Part shown: one piece after another, positions 19,327-28,100 of the stretch | Numbering within the stretch: the first letter of the stretch is position 1 | How the letters are laid out: each line of letters opens with the position of its first letter | Source of the DNA: a virus | Virus record (IMG/VR): IMGVR_UViG_3300037067_022550 | Length of the DNA stretch: 64,000 nucleotides | Direction: 5' to 3' (one strand) | Notes under the pieces: generated by a model | The model's input: the letters and a program-made list of their open reading frames with translations, nothing else | Database searches by the model: none | Told to the model about the DNA's origin: nothing | Program-made: the position numbers and the translations under genes

Positions 19327-19857
19327 ATGGATTCTAATCGCAAATTTAATAGAGCAGATATTCCTTATTATCAGGAATGGATAAGGAAAGTTTCTGGCAG
19401 GAAGAGAATTAGCGTTTTGCCAACTTCAATTGATGATATGGTTGCTCTATTTCCTTTTTGCAGGGTATATGGGGATGGGGAAACGGATGAAGAAGCTAAA
19501 AAGAGGCATCTGGATTATTTCAAATTTGGAATTGGCTGGGCAGACACAATAGGTAAAAACATATTGCTTAATGTTGAGCGTATTGAAAGACTACAACATG
19601 GAAAAGCTTGCTATGTTAAGGCAATTCTTTTACATGAAGCTGGTCATATAATAAATCCGAGGGATAAACACGGCAAATCTGGTTGTGAATTTATTGCCGA
19701 ATTATATGCTCTAAAAAAAGCTTGTAGGCTTGGTTTGGAAGCTGAGCTTAAGGAAATTAGGTTAAATTCTAGTAGGTGGTATCTTGATTCAATTGGAGTT
19801 AATTCTAAAATGTATAAAATTGCTTTTAGAATGCTCAAGGGTGTTGGGGTTTATTAA
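19327..19857 (+). CDS. putative zinc metallopeptidase (HEAGH motif, ImmA/IrrE-like possibility)
   Basis: LLHEAGHII HExxH motif. -10-like TATAAT at 19276-19281 upstream. Confidence 0.45.
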   Translation: MDSNRKFNRADIPYYQEWIRKVSGRKRISVLPTSIDDMVALFPFCRVYGDGETDEEAKKRHLDYFKFGIGWADTIGKNILLNVERIERLQHGKACYVKAILLHEAGHIINPRDKHGKSGCEFIAELYALKKACRLGLEAELKEIRLNSSRWYLDSIGVNSKMYKIAFRMLKGVGVY

Positions 19858-20003
19858 GCAAATATTAAAACTCTACATCATCTATATCATCTACATCTTA
19901 ATATTGGTTATTTAAACAATTCTATTATTTTTCAAGTATTTGTATAATAAAAGCAAATTATTATATTTAAGATACAAATAATCAAGGATTTAAGGGGTTA
20001 AAA

Positions 20004-20723
20004 ATGAGTTTAATTAGGTTAAATGATTATAAAATAAGTGGTAGGCAAGACAAATATCAAGGGAAAGACTTTGTTGGAAAGCTTGAAGTTTCCAGAGAAT
20101 TACCTGATATAACTAAGGATATTTTTAGAAAGGCTCATTTTGGAATATCAGAAAGATCTTATGATGATCAAGCCATAACCTGTTTAGATGGAGAGGACAG
20201 ATTTTTAGATATAGATGGCATTAATTATTTTAGTGGAGAAAACTTTAAGATAGAATGCAAGGATTTTTCCAGGTTTGGTGCTCATGAAATGATAGGTGTT
20301 CCTAGGCGTTACATACAAGAGAAGGCCATATTTTTTAATTATATCATTTTTATATTTAGATACAATATAAAGGTACTTCAATCTTTTGTTAATTTTCATA
20401 AGTATAGGAATATAGATGATGCCATTCAAGACTCTTTAGATAAGGGTTTTTTGTCTATGAAAGATGGGAAGATATCTTACACTCTTTGGGGTAACAGGCT
20501 TGACATTTTATTAAGGCCGGAGAATAGAATGATAGACAAAGAGGATCAAAAGAATTATGTTTGTTCTGATTTGGGTAGATATAAGGGAGAAAAGCAATAT
20601 CTTTTCAAGATTAATTCTATGCTTTTAATAGATGATTTAATAGAGCAAGAAAAGCATAAGGAACGTTGGCCTAATATTTGGGAAAAGTATTTAATTAATG
20701 ATTATAAACTACCCAACCACTAA
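20004..20723 (+). CDS. hypothetical protein
   Basis: 239-aa ORF. Stop codon lies inside repeat copy A. Confidence 0.55.
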   Translation: MSLIRLNDYKISGRQDKYQGKDFVGKLEVSRELPDITKDIFRKAHFGISERSYDDQAITCLDGEDRFLDIDGINYFSGENFKIECKDFSRFGAHEMIGVPRRYIQEKAIFFNYIIFIFRYNIKVLQSFVNFHKYRNIDDAIQDSLDKGFLSMKDGKISYTLWGNRLDILLRPENRMIDKEDQKNYVCSDLGRYKGEKQYLFKINSMLLIDDLIEQEKHKERWPNIWEKYLINDYKLPNH

Positions 20724-20760
20724 AGATGTCGTGGTTTTACGCTCCCGTAATAAAAAGGGA
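20709..20760. repeat. site-family copy A (intact): ctacccaacc-ACTAAAGATG-tcgtggttt + TTACG/CGTAA hairpin
   Basis: Left half identical over 20 nt to the flank of the tnpB 3' end (37595-37614). Right half matches the flank beyond the tnpB 5' end (38841-38873) and copy B. Confidence 0.7.
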
Positions 20761-21090
20761 TGTCATATTTATCCTTGTGCATCTTTTTTAGTCTTGTCCA
20801 ACGGTGTAAGTGTAACAAGTTCCTTGCTAATAAATTTTGGCATCCAGCACCTACCCTTGAACCAGTGCGTCTCTGTTTCCTTGCAAAAGCTGGAAAACTC
20901 AAACCACCAATTCATATGGCTACGAGCTTGGTTTTCCGTCAACCCGGAGTCGATCAGACTTGCAATTGTGTCACTGACCGCCTTATCACAACAGTACCGT
21001 TTTGTTTTATTTTTTCTCATGTATATGCTTCCGTGCTTGTAAATTTTAGTTACATATTATTTGGAAGTGGCTTACTATTAGGTTATCCCA
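20730..21090. other. GC-elevated island without credible ORF (candidate structured RNA or foreign DNA)
   Basis: About 42-45% GC vs about 28% surroundings. Only atypical overlapping ORFs on both strands. Confidence 0.3.
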
Positions 21091-21735
21091 TTAATTTGTG
21101 GTGCTTTCGGGCAAGAAGGTATTTCTTATGGAATTATCAGGCATATAATAGATATTATAATCACCTGCATCAAGATTAAAGATATTAGGATATTTTTTTC
21201 TTATTTTATTATACATACCGTTATCGCTATAATTAATGAGTTCTTTTATAGTGAATTGGCAGTTAATTTTATTTTGAAATTCAAGATATTTATCTATAAG
21301 GTCAAAAGTAGTATTTGCTGTAACCAAATGAGTTATCCTTATTTTTGTTAGGGCGGACAAATATTTCAGGTATTCCATATCTTCTTGGATTTTATCGCTT
21401 GAGAATACACATTTATTAATTTTATTCCAAAATGAATCTTTTTTCAATTTTTCTCTAGTGTGAACATCTACTATCATGTTTAAGAAATTAGTAATAGTAA
21501 GAAATTTTTCCCACCAAGTATTATAGGTATCGAATTTATATAAACTATCTCCTCCTCCGGAAACAGATACTTTACCCTTATTTTTATTATTAGACAGGAA
21601 CTGTGTCAATTTAACCCAATCTGTGGGCTGATTGACATTTTCTAGTTCGTGACCTTTCCAAATGCAGTACCAGCAATTTGCCCTGCATCCGAAATTAGTA
21701 ATTACTGAAATATTTGGGCTAGCTGTCCGCAGCAT
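21091..21735 (-). CDS. small radical SAM / 4Fe-4S activating-enzyme-like protein
   Basis: FGCRANCWYC (Cx3Cx2C) near N-terminus; 214 aa. Overlaps upstream rSAM gene by 34 nt. Confidence 0.6.
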   Translation of the reverse strand: MLRTASPNISVITNFGCRANCWYCIWKGHELENVNQPTDWVKLTQFLSNNKNKGKVSVSGGGDSLYKFDTYNTWWEKFLTITNFLNMIVDVHTREKLKKDSFWNKINKCVFSSDKIQEDMEYLKYLSALTKIRITHLVTANTTFDLIDKYLEFQNKINCQFTIKELINYSDNGMYNKIRKKYPNIFNLDAGDYNIYYMPDNSIRNTFLPESTTN

Positions 21736-22682
21736 AATCCTGCCTCCTCACATTTAGCAATGGCGTCTACTACTACTGGAATTCCTTCTTTTTTGAATTC
21801 CCTTTCCATAACCAACAAATCTTCATAGTTATTATAATTAGCAAAAGTTTCTAGATTATTGTCTTTACTATTTAAGGTTTGATTAAGGGGTATCAATTTA
21901 ACCGTGAATTTTTCTCCATTGAGCCCCATTTTTTTAAGTTTGTTAACGGAGACTTCTATGCCTTTCATAACTATAAAGTTAAGAGTAACAGTTCTGTTGG
22001 TTATTTTTGTTTTATTAATTTGTTTGATAATGTCTTCAATAAGCATAACTTCTGAATTTCCAAAAAGTCTTTGTCTTTCCATTTCGTCTGTTGAATTACA
22101 GCTTATTTGAAGGTGCAATCTGCCAGTATAAGTCTTTTCTTTTACTTCTATCACTTTATTCAGGACTTCTTCTGGAGTTATATTGCCCATAATTTTTTTA
22201 GGAAGAATGGTATTAAAGCAAGGAAGCCAATTAAAATGTTTACCAAGGTTGAAAGAAATCATAGGCAAATTGATCATAGCTCCAAGAACATTGTCTAAAT
22301 TATGAGATGGTTCTCCCATTCTTGCAAAGCCTATTTTTACTTTATCAGATTGTAAGACATATGGAGTATTGATGATTAGAAGTTCTATTTGTTCTTCTAT
22401 TTGTCTTTGGCTCAAATTTCCCTTAAATGGCAATTGAGCAACATCACAGAAAAGGCAATCATGAACACATCCTAATTGGGTAGAGACAGTTAGCAACCAT
22501 TTCTTTTCATAAGGGACAAGGTGTTTCCATATTACATGAGGATCTTGGGATTGTCTAACTTCTGCGTGCAGTTTGCCATCCACAGCTACGTCTCTCATTT
22601 CTGTACATTCTATCATATATCCGTCTACTTCTACTAAAAAGATTCTTCCGCTTGGCAAATAGCAAACATTTTTAATTTTCAT
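21702..22682 (-). CDS. RlmN/Cfr-family radical SAM RNA methyltransferase
   Basis: LLTVSTQLGCVHDCLFCDVAQ...NL...ARMGEPSHNLDNVLGAM parallels RlmN CVSSQVGCALECKFCSTAQ...MGMGEPLLNLNNVVPAM. Confidence 0.7.
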   Translation of the reverse strand: MKIKNVCYLPSGRIFLVEVDGYMIECTEMRDVAVDGKLHAEVRQSQDPHVIWKHLVPYEKKWLLTVSTQLGCVHDCLFCDVAQLPFKGNLSQRQIEEQIELLIINTPYVLQSDKVKIGFARMGEPSHNLDNVLGAMINLPMISFNLGKHFNWLPCFNTILPKKIMGNITPEEVLNKVIEVKEKTYTGRLHLQISCNSTDEMERQRLFGNSEVMLIEDIIKQINKTKITNRTVTLNFIVMKGIEVSVNKLKKMGLNGEKFTVKLIPLNQTLNSKDNNLETFANYNNYEDLLVMEREFKKEGIPVVVDAIAKCEEAGLCCGQLAQIFQ

Positions 22683-22770
22683 ATAGTATCTCCTTTTTTG
22701 AAATGGACTATAACATCTTTGATTAAATTGTCAAGTATTATTTATTTTTCTTATATTATACAATTTTTAC

Positions 22771-23235
22771 TTGCAAATACTGTATAATTTAGATATGTTT
22801 TCAGAAGAAAGGAATAATATGATAGACAAATTTGATTTAGATTACAGATTTTTGAGCAATTTTTGGTTGTCTCCTGTGGTATTTGAAGGAGAAGTTTATC
22901 CTTCTTCTGAACATGCATTCCAAGCTGCTAAAAGTTTAGATAAATCTGTAAGAGAACAAATCAAGGGATGTAGTACCCCAGGTAAAGCTAAAAGAATGGG
23001 GGCAAGGGTTGAGTTGCGTTCTGATTGGGAAACTATTAAAGATGATGTTATGCTTGACGTATTAAGAGATAAGTTTAAGGACAATGATTTAAGAGAAAGA
23101 CTAATTGCAACTGGAACTAAAGAGCTAATTGAAGGCAATACTTGGGGAGACAAGTATTGGGGGATGGTTGCTGGCGAAGGAAAAAATATGTTAGGAAAGC
23201 TATTAATGCAAGTTAGAAGTGAAATTAACTCTTAA
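22771..23235 (+). CDS. NADAR (YbiA/DUF1768) domain protein
   Basis: YRFLSNFW...SSEHAFQAAK...GNTWGDKYWG hallmark residues. Confidence 0.75.
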   Translation: MQILYNLDMFSEERNNMIDKFDLDYRFLSNFWLSPVVFEGEVYPSSEHAFQAAKSLDKSVREQIKGCSTPGKAKRMGARVELRSDWETIKDDVMLDVLRDKFKDNDLRERLIATGTKELIEGNTWGDKYWGMVAGEGKNMLGKLLMQVRSEINS

Positions 23236-23246
23236 TCATAGTTTTT

Positions 23247-23480
23247 TTATTTGCATTTCTTACAAAAGCAATCTCCGTCAACAGTTTTAGAACATTTTTT
23301 GCAAACTCTTGATCCACAAGCCGTACAGGTATAATCTTCATTATCTGTCATTTTTTTCTTACAAATTTTACAGGAACTAGATGTATCTTTGCTATCAGAT
23401 GCTTGTTTTCTATCAGATTTAATCCAACCTGTTTTTTTACCTATTAATTCCCATTGTGATTTTGACATGGTAAATTTCAT
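23247..23480 (-). CDS. cysteine-rich zinc-binding protein
   Basis: CKICKK...CTACGSRVCKKC...CFCKKCK. Confidence 0.5.
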   Translation of the reverse strand: MKFTMSKSQWELIGKKTGWIKSDRKQASDSKDTSSSCKICKKKMTDNEDYTCTACGSRVCKKCSKTVDGDCFCKKCK

Positions 23481-23571
23481 ATTGTATCTCCTAATATTAT
23501 TTTACTAATATTTCAATAATATATCAAAAATACCTTTAAAAAACTGTATAATGTAAAAAAGGGGTAAAATT

Positions 23572-24123
23572 ATGAATACATTAGTGGTTAATTTATATGG
23601 TGGACCAGGTAGCGGTAAGAGTACAATTATGGCTGGTATATTTTCTGAGCTAAAGTGGATGGGAATTAATTGTGAAATGGGACCAGAATACGCTAAAGAA
23701 AAAGTTTGGGAAGAATCTCTTAAAATATTAAATAATCAAATATATGTTTTTGGTAAACAGCTTCACACTTTAATTAGAGTAGTTGATAAAGTTGATGTTG
23801 TTATAACAGATTCTCCTTTACTATTATCTTTAGTATATGGGGACAACGAATGTGAACATTTCAAGAAATTAGTATTAGATGTTTATGATCGTTTTAATAA
23901 TCTTGACATATTTTTAACTAGAGTAAAAAAATATAATCCTTCTGGTAGATTGCAGACAAAAGAAGAGGCTATTGAAATTGATGTTAAATTAAAGTCTTTA
24001 TTAGTTAAGAATGATATAAATTACACAGAATTTTGTGGATGTAAGGAATCAGTTAAGGATATATGTGATATTATAGTTAGAAAGATTGATAGTTATAAAA
24101 ATATCACAGTAGGTGAGCATTGA
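23572..24123 (+). CDS. P-loop kinase (polynucleotide/nucleoside kinase-like, AAA_28-like)
   Basis: Walker A GGPGSGKST at residues 10-18; 183 aa. Confidence 0.6.
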   Translation: MNTLVVNLYGGPGSGKSTIMAGIFSELKWMGINCEMGPEYAKEKVWEESLKILNNQIYVFGKQLHTLIRVVDKVDVVITDSPLLLSLVYGDNECEHFKKLVLDVYDRFNNLDIFLTRVKKYNPSGRLQTKEEAIEIDVKLKSLLVKNDINYTEFCGCKESVKDICDIIVRKIDSYKNITVGEH

Positions 24124-24185
24124 GCAGCAGAAAATATTTTTAACTAGAAAACAAGATTGGCATTTATTCTATTCCGAACAATTAG

Positions 24186-25124
24186 TTAGGAGACTTCAGG
24201 AATAGTTAATCTTTTTATATTAATTTCTTCCATTTTATTGTCATATATTGTGTTAATGGCTGCTGTTTTATTATAAATATCAGAAAGATATTTTTTAATT
24301 ATTTCATCTGTATATCCATTATCAAACACATCTTTAGAGTCTGCAGTTTCAAAAGAAGATTTGGTTGTTGTTAATGTTTTTTCAAAAAGTACTGGACCAA
24401 CTCCTTCTTTCCATTGCCATAGAGATACTTGTCCTTCATCATCAATTTTTGTAAAAGTATCTATTTGTCTTGCCCAAGTACCTGAATTATAGTGATAGTT
24501 ACCTATATTTCCTGGAGTGTGGGTATGACCGTAAATAACTACATCTATATTATTGTTTTGGCGGTATTTTTCTATAGCCTGTATATTATCACATAGTCTT
24601 GAATTAGATCCTATAGATTTAAGTTCGTCTTCTACTGACAAGTTACCTATAAAAGGTCCATTGGACAGATCTTCCAACATTCCTGCAATGATTGTGGCTA
24701 TTTCTCCTATACCTGGATTGTTTTTATTACAATATGGATCAAACTCGTGACCGTGTAAGAAAGCAAATTTGCGTCCTCCTATTGTTTGCACAAATGGTTT
24801 GCTCATTCTTTTAAAAAATGGGTGAGGCATTTCTATAATATTGTTATCTATATAAACAAAGTTCATTAAGGTATTATCGTGATTTCCCAAAACATAAGTT
24901 GACTGCATAGCGTCGAGTTTATCTAATAGACCATGATACTGATTAATTGAAGAACTGAAATTAACTTGCCACCAATCAAAAAGGTCTCCTAGTATATATA
25001 ATTTAGCTTGTTGTTGTTCTACCCATTTAAGGAAGTCATAGAAGCGTATTTCTCTACCTTTTACATTAAAATTATCACGTGTTCCGCGATCTGCAGCATG
25101 TACATCACTTATGCAATAAATCAT
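24186..25124 (-). CDS. calcineurin-like metallophosphoesterase
   Basis: DVHA...GDLFD...GNHD...GHTHTPG metallophosphatase motifs. Confidence 0.75.
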   Translation of the reverse strand: MIYCISDVHAADRGTRDNFNVKGREIRFYDFLKWVEQQQAKLYILGDLFDWWQVNFSSSINQYHGLLDKLDAMQSTYVLGNHDNTLMNFVYIDNNIIEMPHPFFKRMSKPFVQTIGGRKFAFLHGHEFDPYCNKNNPGIGEIATIIAGMLEDLSNGPFIGNLSVEDELKSIGSNSRLCDNIQAIEKYRQNNNIDVVIYGHTHTPGNIGNYHYNSGTWARQIDTFTKIDDEGQVSLWQWKEGVGPVLFEKTLTTTKSSFETADSKDVFDNGYTDEIIKKYLSDIYNKTAAINTIYDNKMEEINIKRLTIPEVS

Positions 25125-25156
25125 AACATATCCTTTTTTAAATCTTATGTTTTATA

Positions 25157-25360
25157 TTATTTATTATTTTTAATTATTCCTTTTGCCCATTTCTTTATTT
25201 TTGATGACAATAGCAATACTTTTTTCATTTGTTGTTTAGAAATTATTTCATCTGAGAAGTCTTTTAGGGCTGAGTTATCTAAAATTTTTGACATTTTTAT
25301 TATTTCTTTACAATCTTCTATAAGTTTCTGTTCTTGTGTTTTTATGAGTTTTCTTTTCAT
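25157..25360 (-). CDS. hypothetical protein
   Basis: 67-aa ORF. Confidence 0.4.
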   Translation of the reverse strand: MKRKLIKTQEQKLIEDCKEIIKMSKILDNSALKDFSDEIISKQQMKKVLLLSSKIKKWAKGIIKNNK

Positions 25361-25623
25361 TATAATACTATTCCTTCTAATTTTGGATATCTTTCAAGTT
25401 TGGATACAATTGGAGTTGCACATGGTTCTATTGATCCCATCAAGTGGTACATAATTTCGTGCAATGATTTTTTTTCAGGTGGTTCTTCGTTATATTCAGG
25501 AGTATCACAATCATGGTATGTATCTATGTGTTCCTGAATCATAGAAATGGCTTTCAGGATATCATTTACTAGTTCCATAGATGATGTTTGGTATATTTGA
25601 TCTGAGGTTTTTGTTGAAGACAT
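25360..25623 (-). CDS. hypothetical protein
   Basis: 87-aa ORF. Confidence 0.45.
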   Translation of the reverse strand: MSSTKTSDQIYQTSSMELVNDILKAISMIQEHIDTYHDCDTPEYNEEPPEKKSLHEIMYHLMGSIEPCATPIVSKLERYPKLEGIVL

Positions 25624-25644
25624 ATTATTTCCTTTTACTATAAG

Positions 25645-25944
25645 TTAATTGTCCCAAACGATATTATATTTAATAATCAATTCATCTGCTTTTTTAATTA
25701 GTTCTTTTAGATTGCGAAATTGAAATATAGACTGTTCAAATCTTGGAACCCATACACATCCACTTCCATCGGATTGCAACTTTATGTATGGATGTCCTGC
25801 CATATTGTATTCTTCCATAATTACTTCATGGAAAACGTGAATAGAGCTTAATAATTTTTTTATTTTCACATCACTTCGTCCAGAATATAACTTGCTTAAT
25901 TGTTTGCTCATTGTTTTTGTTATTTGATTTTTATTGGTTTTCAT
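25645..25944 (-). CDS. hypothetical protein
   Basis: 99-aa ORF. Confidence 0.45.
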   Translation of the reverse strand: MKTNKNQITKTMSKQLSKLYSGRSDVKIKKLLSSIHVFHEVIMEEYNMAGHPYIKLQSDGSGCVWVPRFEQSIFQFRNLKELIKKADELIIKYNIVWDN

Positions 25945-26812
25945 CCTTGTTCCTCAATATATTTTTTTGATTATTATTTTGAGTAATAGTAAATAATTTA
26001 CTTAATTTTTTTATTTCTTTTTTTCTATATGTTATTTTTTTATTAGATATTTTCTTGATATTTTTTTTAAGGTTATTTTCAAATAATTTTGATACATTAT
26101 ATTTTTCTGGCAATGATTTACCACATTGTCTTTCTATTATTCTTCTTTCTCCAAGTATGGCATTAAGTTCTTCATCTGCAATATCTGAAAAAATGCTTTC
26201 TTCTTTAGCCTTTTCATTTTGGGCAGTATAATATGCTGCATTCTTTATTGATCCATTTAATGACCAAGATATTTTATCTTGAACATATCTGAGTATTTTT
26301 TTAACAGCCAGCATTTTTTGATTATTGGGATCTTCTAATGGAATTTCTCTGGACATATCATTTAATATATTTGTTATTTTTTTATTTTTATAGACATATT
26401 TTGGATTTTTTTCTATTGTTGGGTTATTACCGATAGAAACTTGTATTTTTTTTGAAACAAAATTGTCTAATATTGTTTTTTTATCAAGTTCTTTAATAAT
26501 TAATTCTATGGCTTGGGTTATAATATCTTTAGAACCATTTAAATAATCATTTTTTATATTATTAATTTCTGTTAGTATTGGTCTTGGTTGTCTTTTTAGA
26601 AATTCTATATCTTTTAATCTTTGTTTTTGTAATTCATGGATGTTATATTGATGTGTTTTATTTTTATTTTTTTTATTTTTGCTGCATGGTTTTATTTCTT
26701 TTATTTTCATATTTCTCCTTTTATTATAAGAAATGGGTTTATCTAAATAAATTCTTGTTGGTCCATAACCTAATTTTTCTATTATCATAATTCTCCTTTT
26801 AGAGAACACCAA
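25931..26812 (-). CDS. hypothetical lysine-rich protein
   Basis: 293-aa ORF. Confidence 0.5.
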   Translation of the reverse strand: MVFSKRRIMIIEKLGYGPTRIYLDKPISYNKRRNMKIKEIKPCSKNKKNKNKTHQYNIHELQKQRLKDIEFLKRQPRPILTEINNIKNDYLNGSKDIITQAIELIIKELDKKTILDNFVSKKIQVSIGNNPTIEKNPKYVYKNKKITNILNDMSREIPLEDPNNQKMLAVKKILRYVQDKISWSLNGSIKNAAYYTAQNEKAKEESIFSDIADEELNAILGERRIIERQCGKSLPEKYNVSKLFENNLKKNIKKISNKKITYRKKEIKKLSKLFTITQNNNQKNILRNKDENQ

Positions 26813-27072
26813 GGGTATCCAAATTCACCATCTTTTGAAAGTCTATTAGGAATATTTTTCATGGTATTATAAAACCAAGGCTCTATTATCCATATTGCCA
26901 ATATCCTTTTAAGCAAGGGTAATGATTTAATATAATTTTTAAGTTTAAATAATTGTTCTACTGTTGTTCTTCTTTTAGAAAAAGAATCTCTTAGAGCTAA
27001 TTTAGCCTGTAAATTATTTTCCATTTCTATATGCTTATTTTCATAATTTTCATTTATATATTTTATTTGCAT
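26785..27072 (-). CDS. hypothetical protein
   Basis: 95-aa ORF. Confidence 0.45.
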   Translation of the reverse strand: MQIKYINENYENKHIEMENNLQAKLALRDSFSKRRTTVEQLFKLKNYIKSLPLLKRILAIWIIEPWFYNTMKNIPNRLSKDGEFGYPWCSLKGEL

Positions 27073-27212
27073 AATTATTTTCCTTATTTTACTTTAATTA
27101 TACATTTTTATTTTTTTTATCTATAATATATTTATAAATGAAAAAGTAGTGATGTGAAGATATATAACATGAAAGATAGATTTTTATTTAGATAGGTAGT
27201 TTTTTTAATTTT

Positions 27213-28100
27213 TTGAAATATAAAATTATGAGCATAGTAAACTTATTAATAGCAGAAATATTTGGAAACAAATCTGCAAAATTAAATGGAACAAATTTGT
27301 TTTCCAATGAATATTCCACTCTATCGCAGTACATGTCAATTATTAATCTTTTTGGAAAAGAAGGCAGACCTATTGTTAGAATTCCTGTTCAAGGGAATAC
27401 AATACAACCATTTTTACAGGCTTCAAGAATGGCAAATCAGTCTGGCATTGATGTAATTGCTTGTTTAGATAGTTATGAAAGTGACAGTTCTATGTTAAAC
27501 AGGCTTTCTGCCATAAGATCTTCTGCTAGTTTTATAAAGTATATAGAATTATTTAATGAGCTTCCTAAAATGGGAGATTCATATTTTGGTGAAAAAATAA
27601 CTAGTATAAAACAATTATTGGATATTACTAATAAATATTCTGATTGGGTACATGCAAATATTAATGGTGGGAAAGTAATAACCATGGCTACCTATAATTT
27701 ATTAGATGAGCGTAGTGACGGTTGGAATATTACAAATACAGAAATAACCAAGCAATTAATTCTTTATACTGTAGCAGATATTTGTGCTATTCATCTTTAT
27801 GGTGATTCTTTTGGGAAGAAGCTGCAATTATCAGACTTAGCAGACAATATAAGTAAATGGAATAAGGAAGCAAAATATAAGAAGCCGATTTGGGTTACTG
27901 AGTTAGGAGATGAAAGATGGGGTAATCAAGTTGCTTATTATAATGGCATGGTTAAATTAATAATGAATTTAATTAATCCTGAAAAAATGATTGTTTATAG
28001 ACAATGTGTAAGAAATCCTACTGATTTGGATAACGGATTTGCATTAGAGATTATAAATACTGGTCAAAAATCTCCATTGTATAGTGAATTGATTAGTTAA
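27213..28100 (+). CDS. putative clan GH-A glycoside hydrolase
   Basis: FNELP (acid/base NEP-like) about 105 residues before WVTELG (nucleophile TE(L/F)G-like). Confidence 0.4.
   Translation: MKYKIMSIVNLLIAEIFGNKSAKLNGTNLFSNEYSTLSQYMSIINLFGKEGRPIVRIPVQGNTIQPFLQASRMANQSGIDVIACLDSYESDSSMLNRLSAIRSSASFIKYIELFNELPKMGDSYFGEKITSIKQLLDITNKYSDWVHANINGGKVITMATYNLLDERSDGWNITNTEITKQLILYTVADICAIHLYGDSFGKKLQLSDLADNISKWNKEAKYKKPIWVTELGDERWGNQVAYYNGMVKLIMNLINPEKMIVYRQCVRNPTDLDNGFALEIINTGQKSPLYSELIS

Noticed and set aside
20698-21179. Overlapping ORFs 20698-21042(+), 20760-21179(+), 20720-20902(-), 20769-21020(-) across the GC island
   Set aside because: They overlap one another, lack RBSs, and have unusual composition. 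The region is treated as non-coding or candidate RNA, with the 83-aa minus ORF kept only as a remote possibility.
25008-25454. Plus-strand 148-aa ORF in the minus block
   Set aside because: It overlaps three minus-strand genes and has Phe/Ile/Leu/Ser-rich shadow composition.
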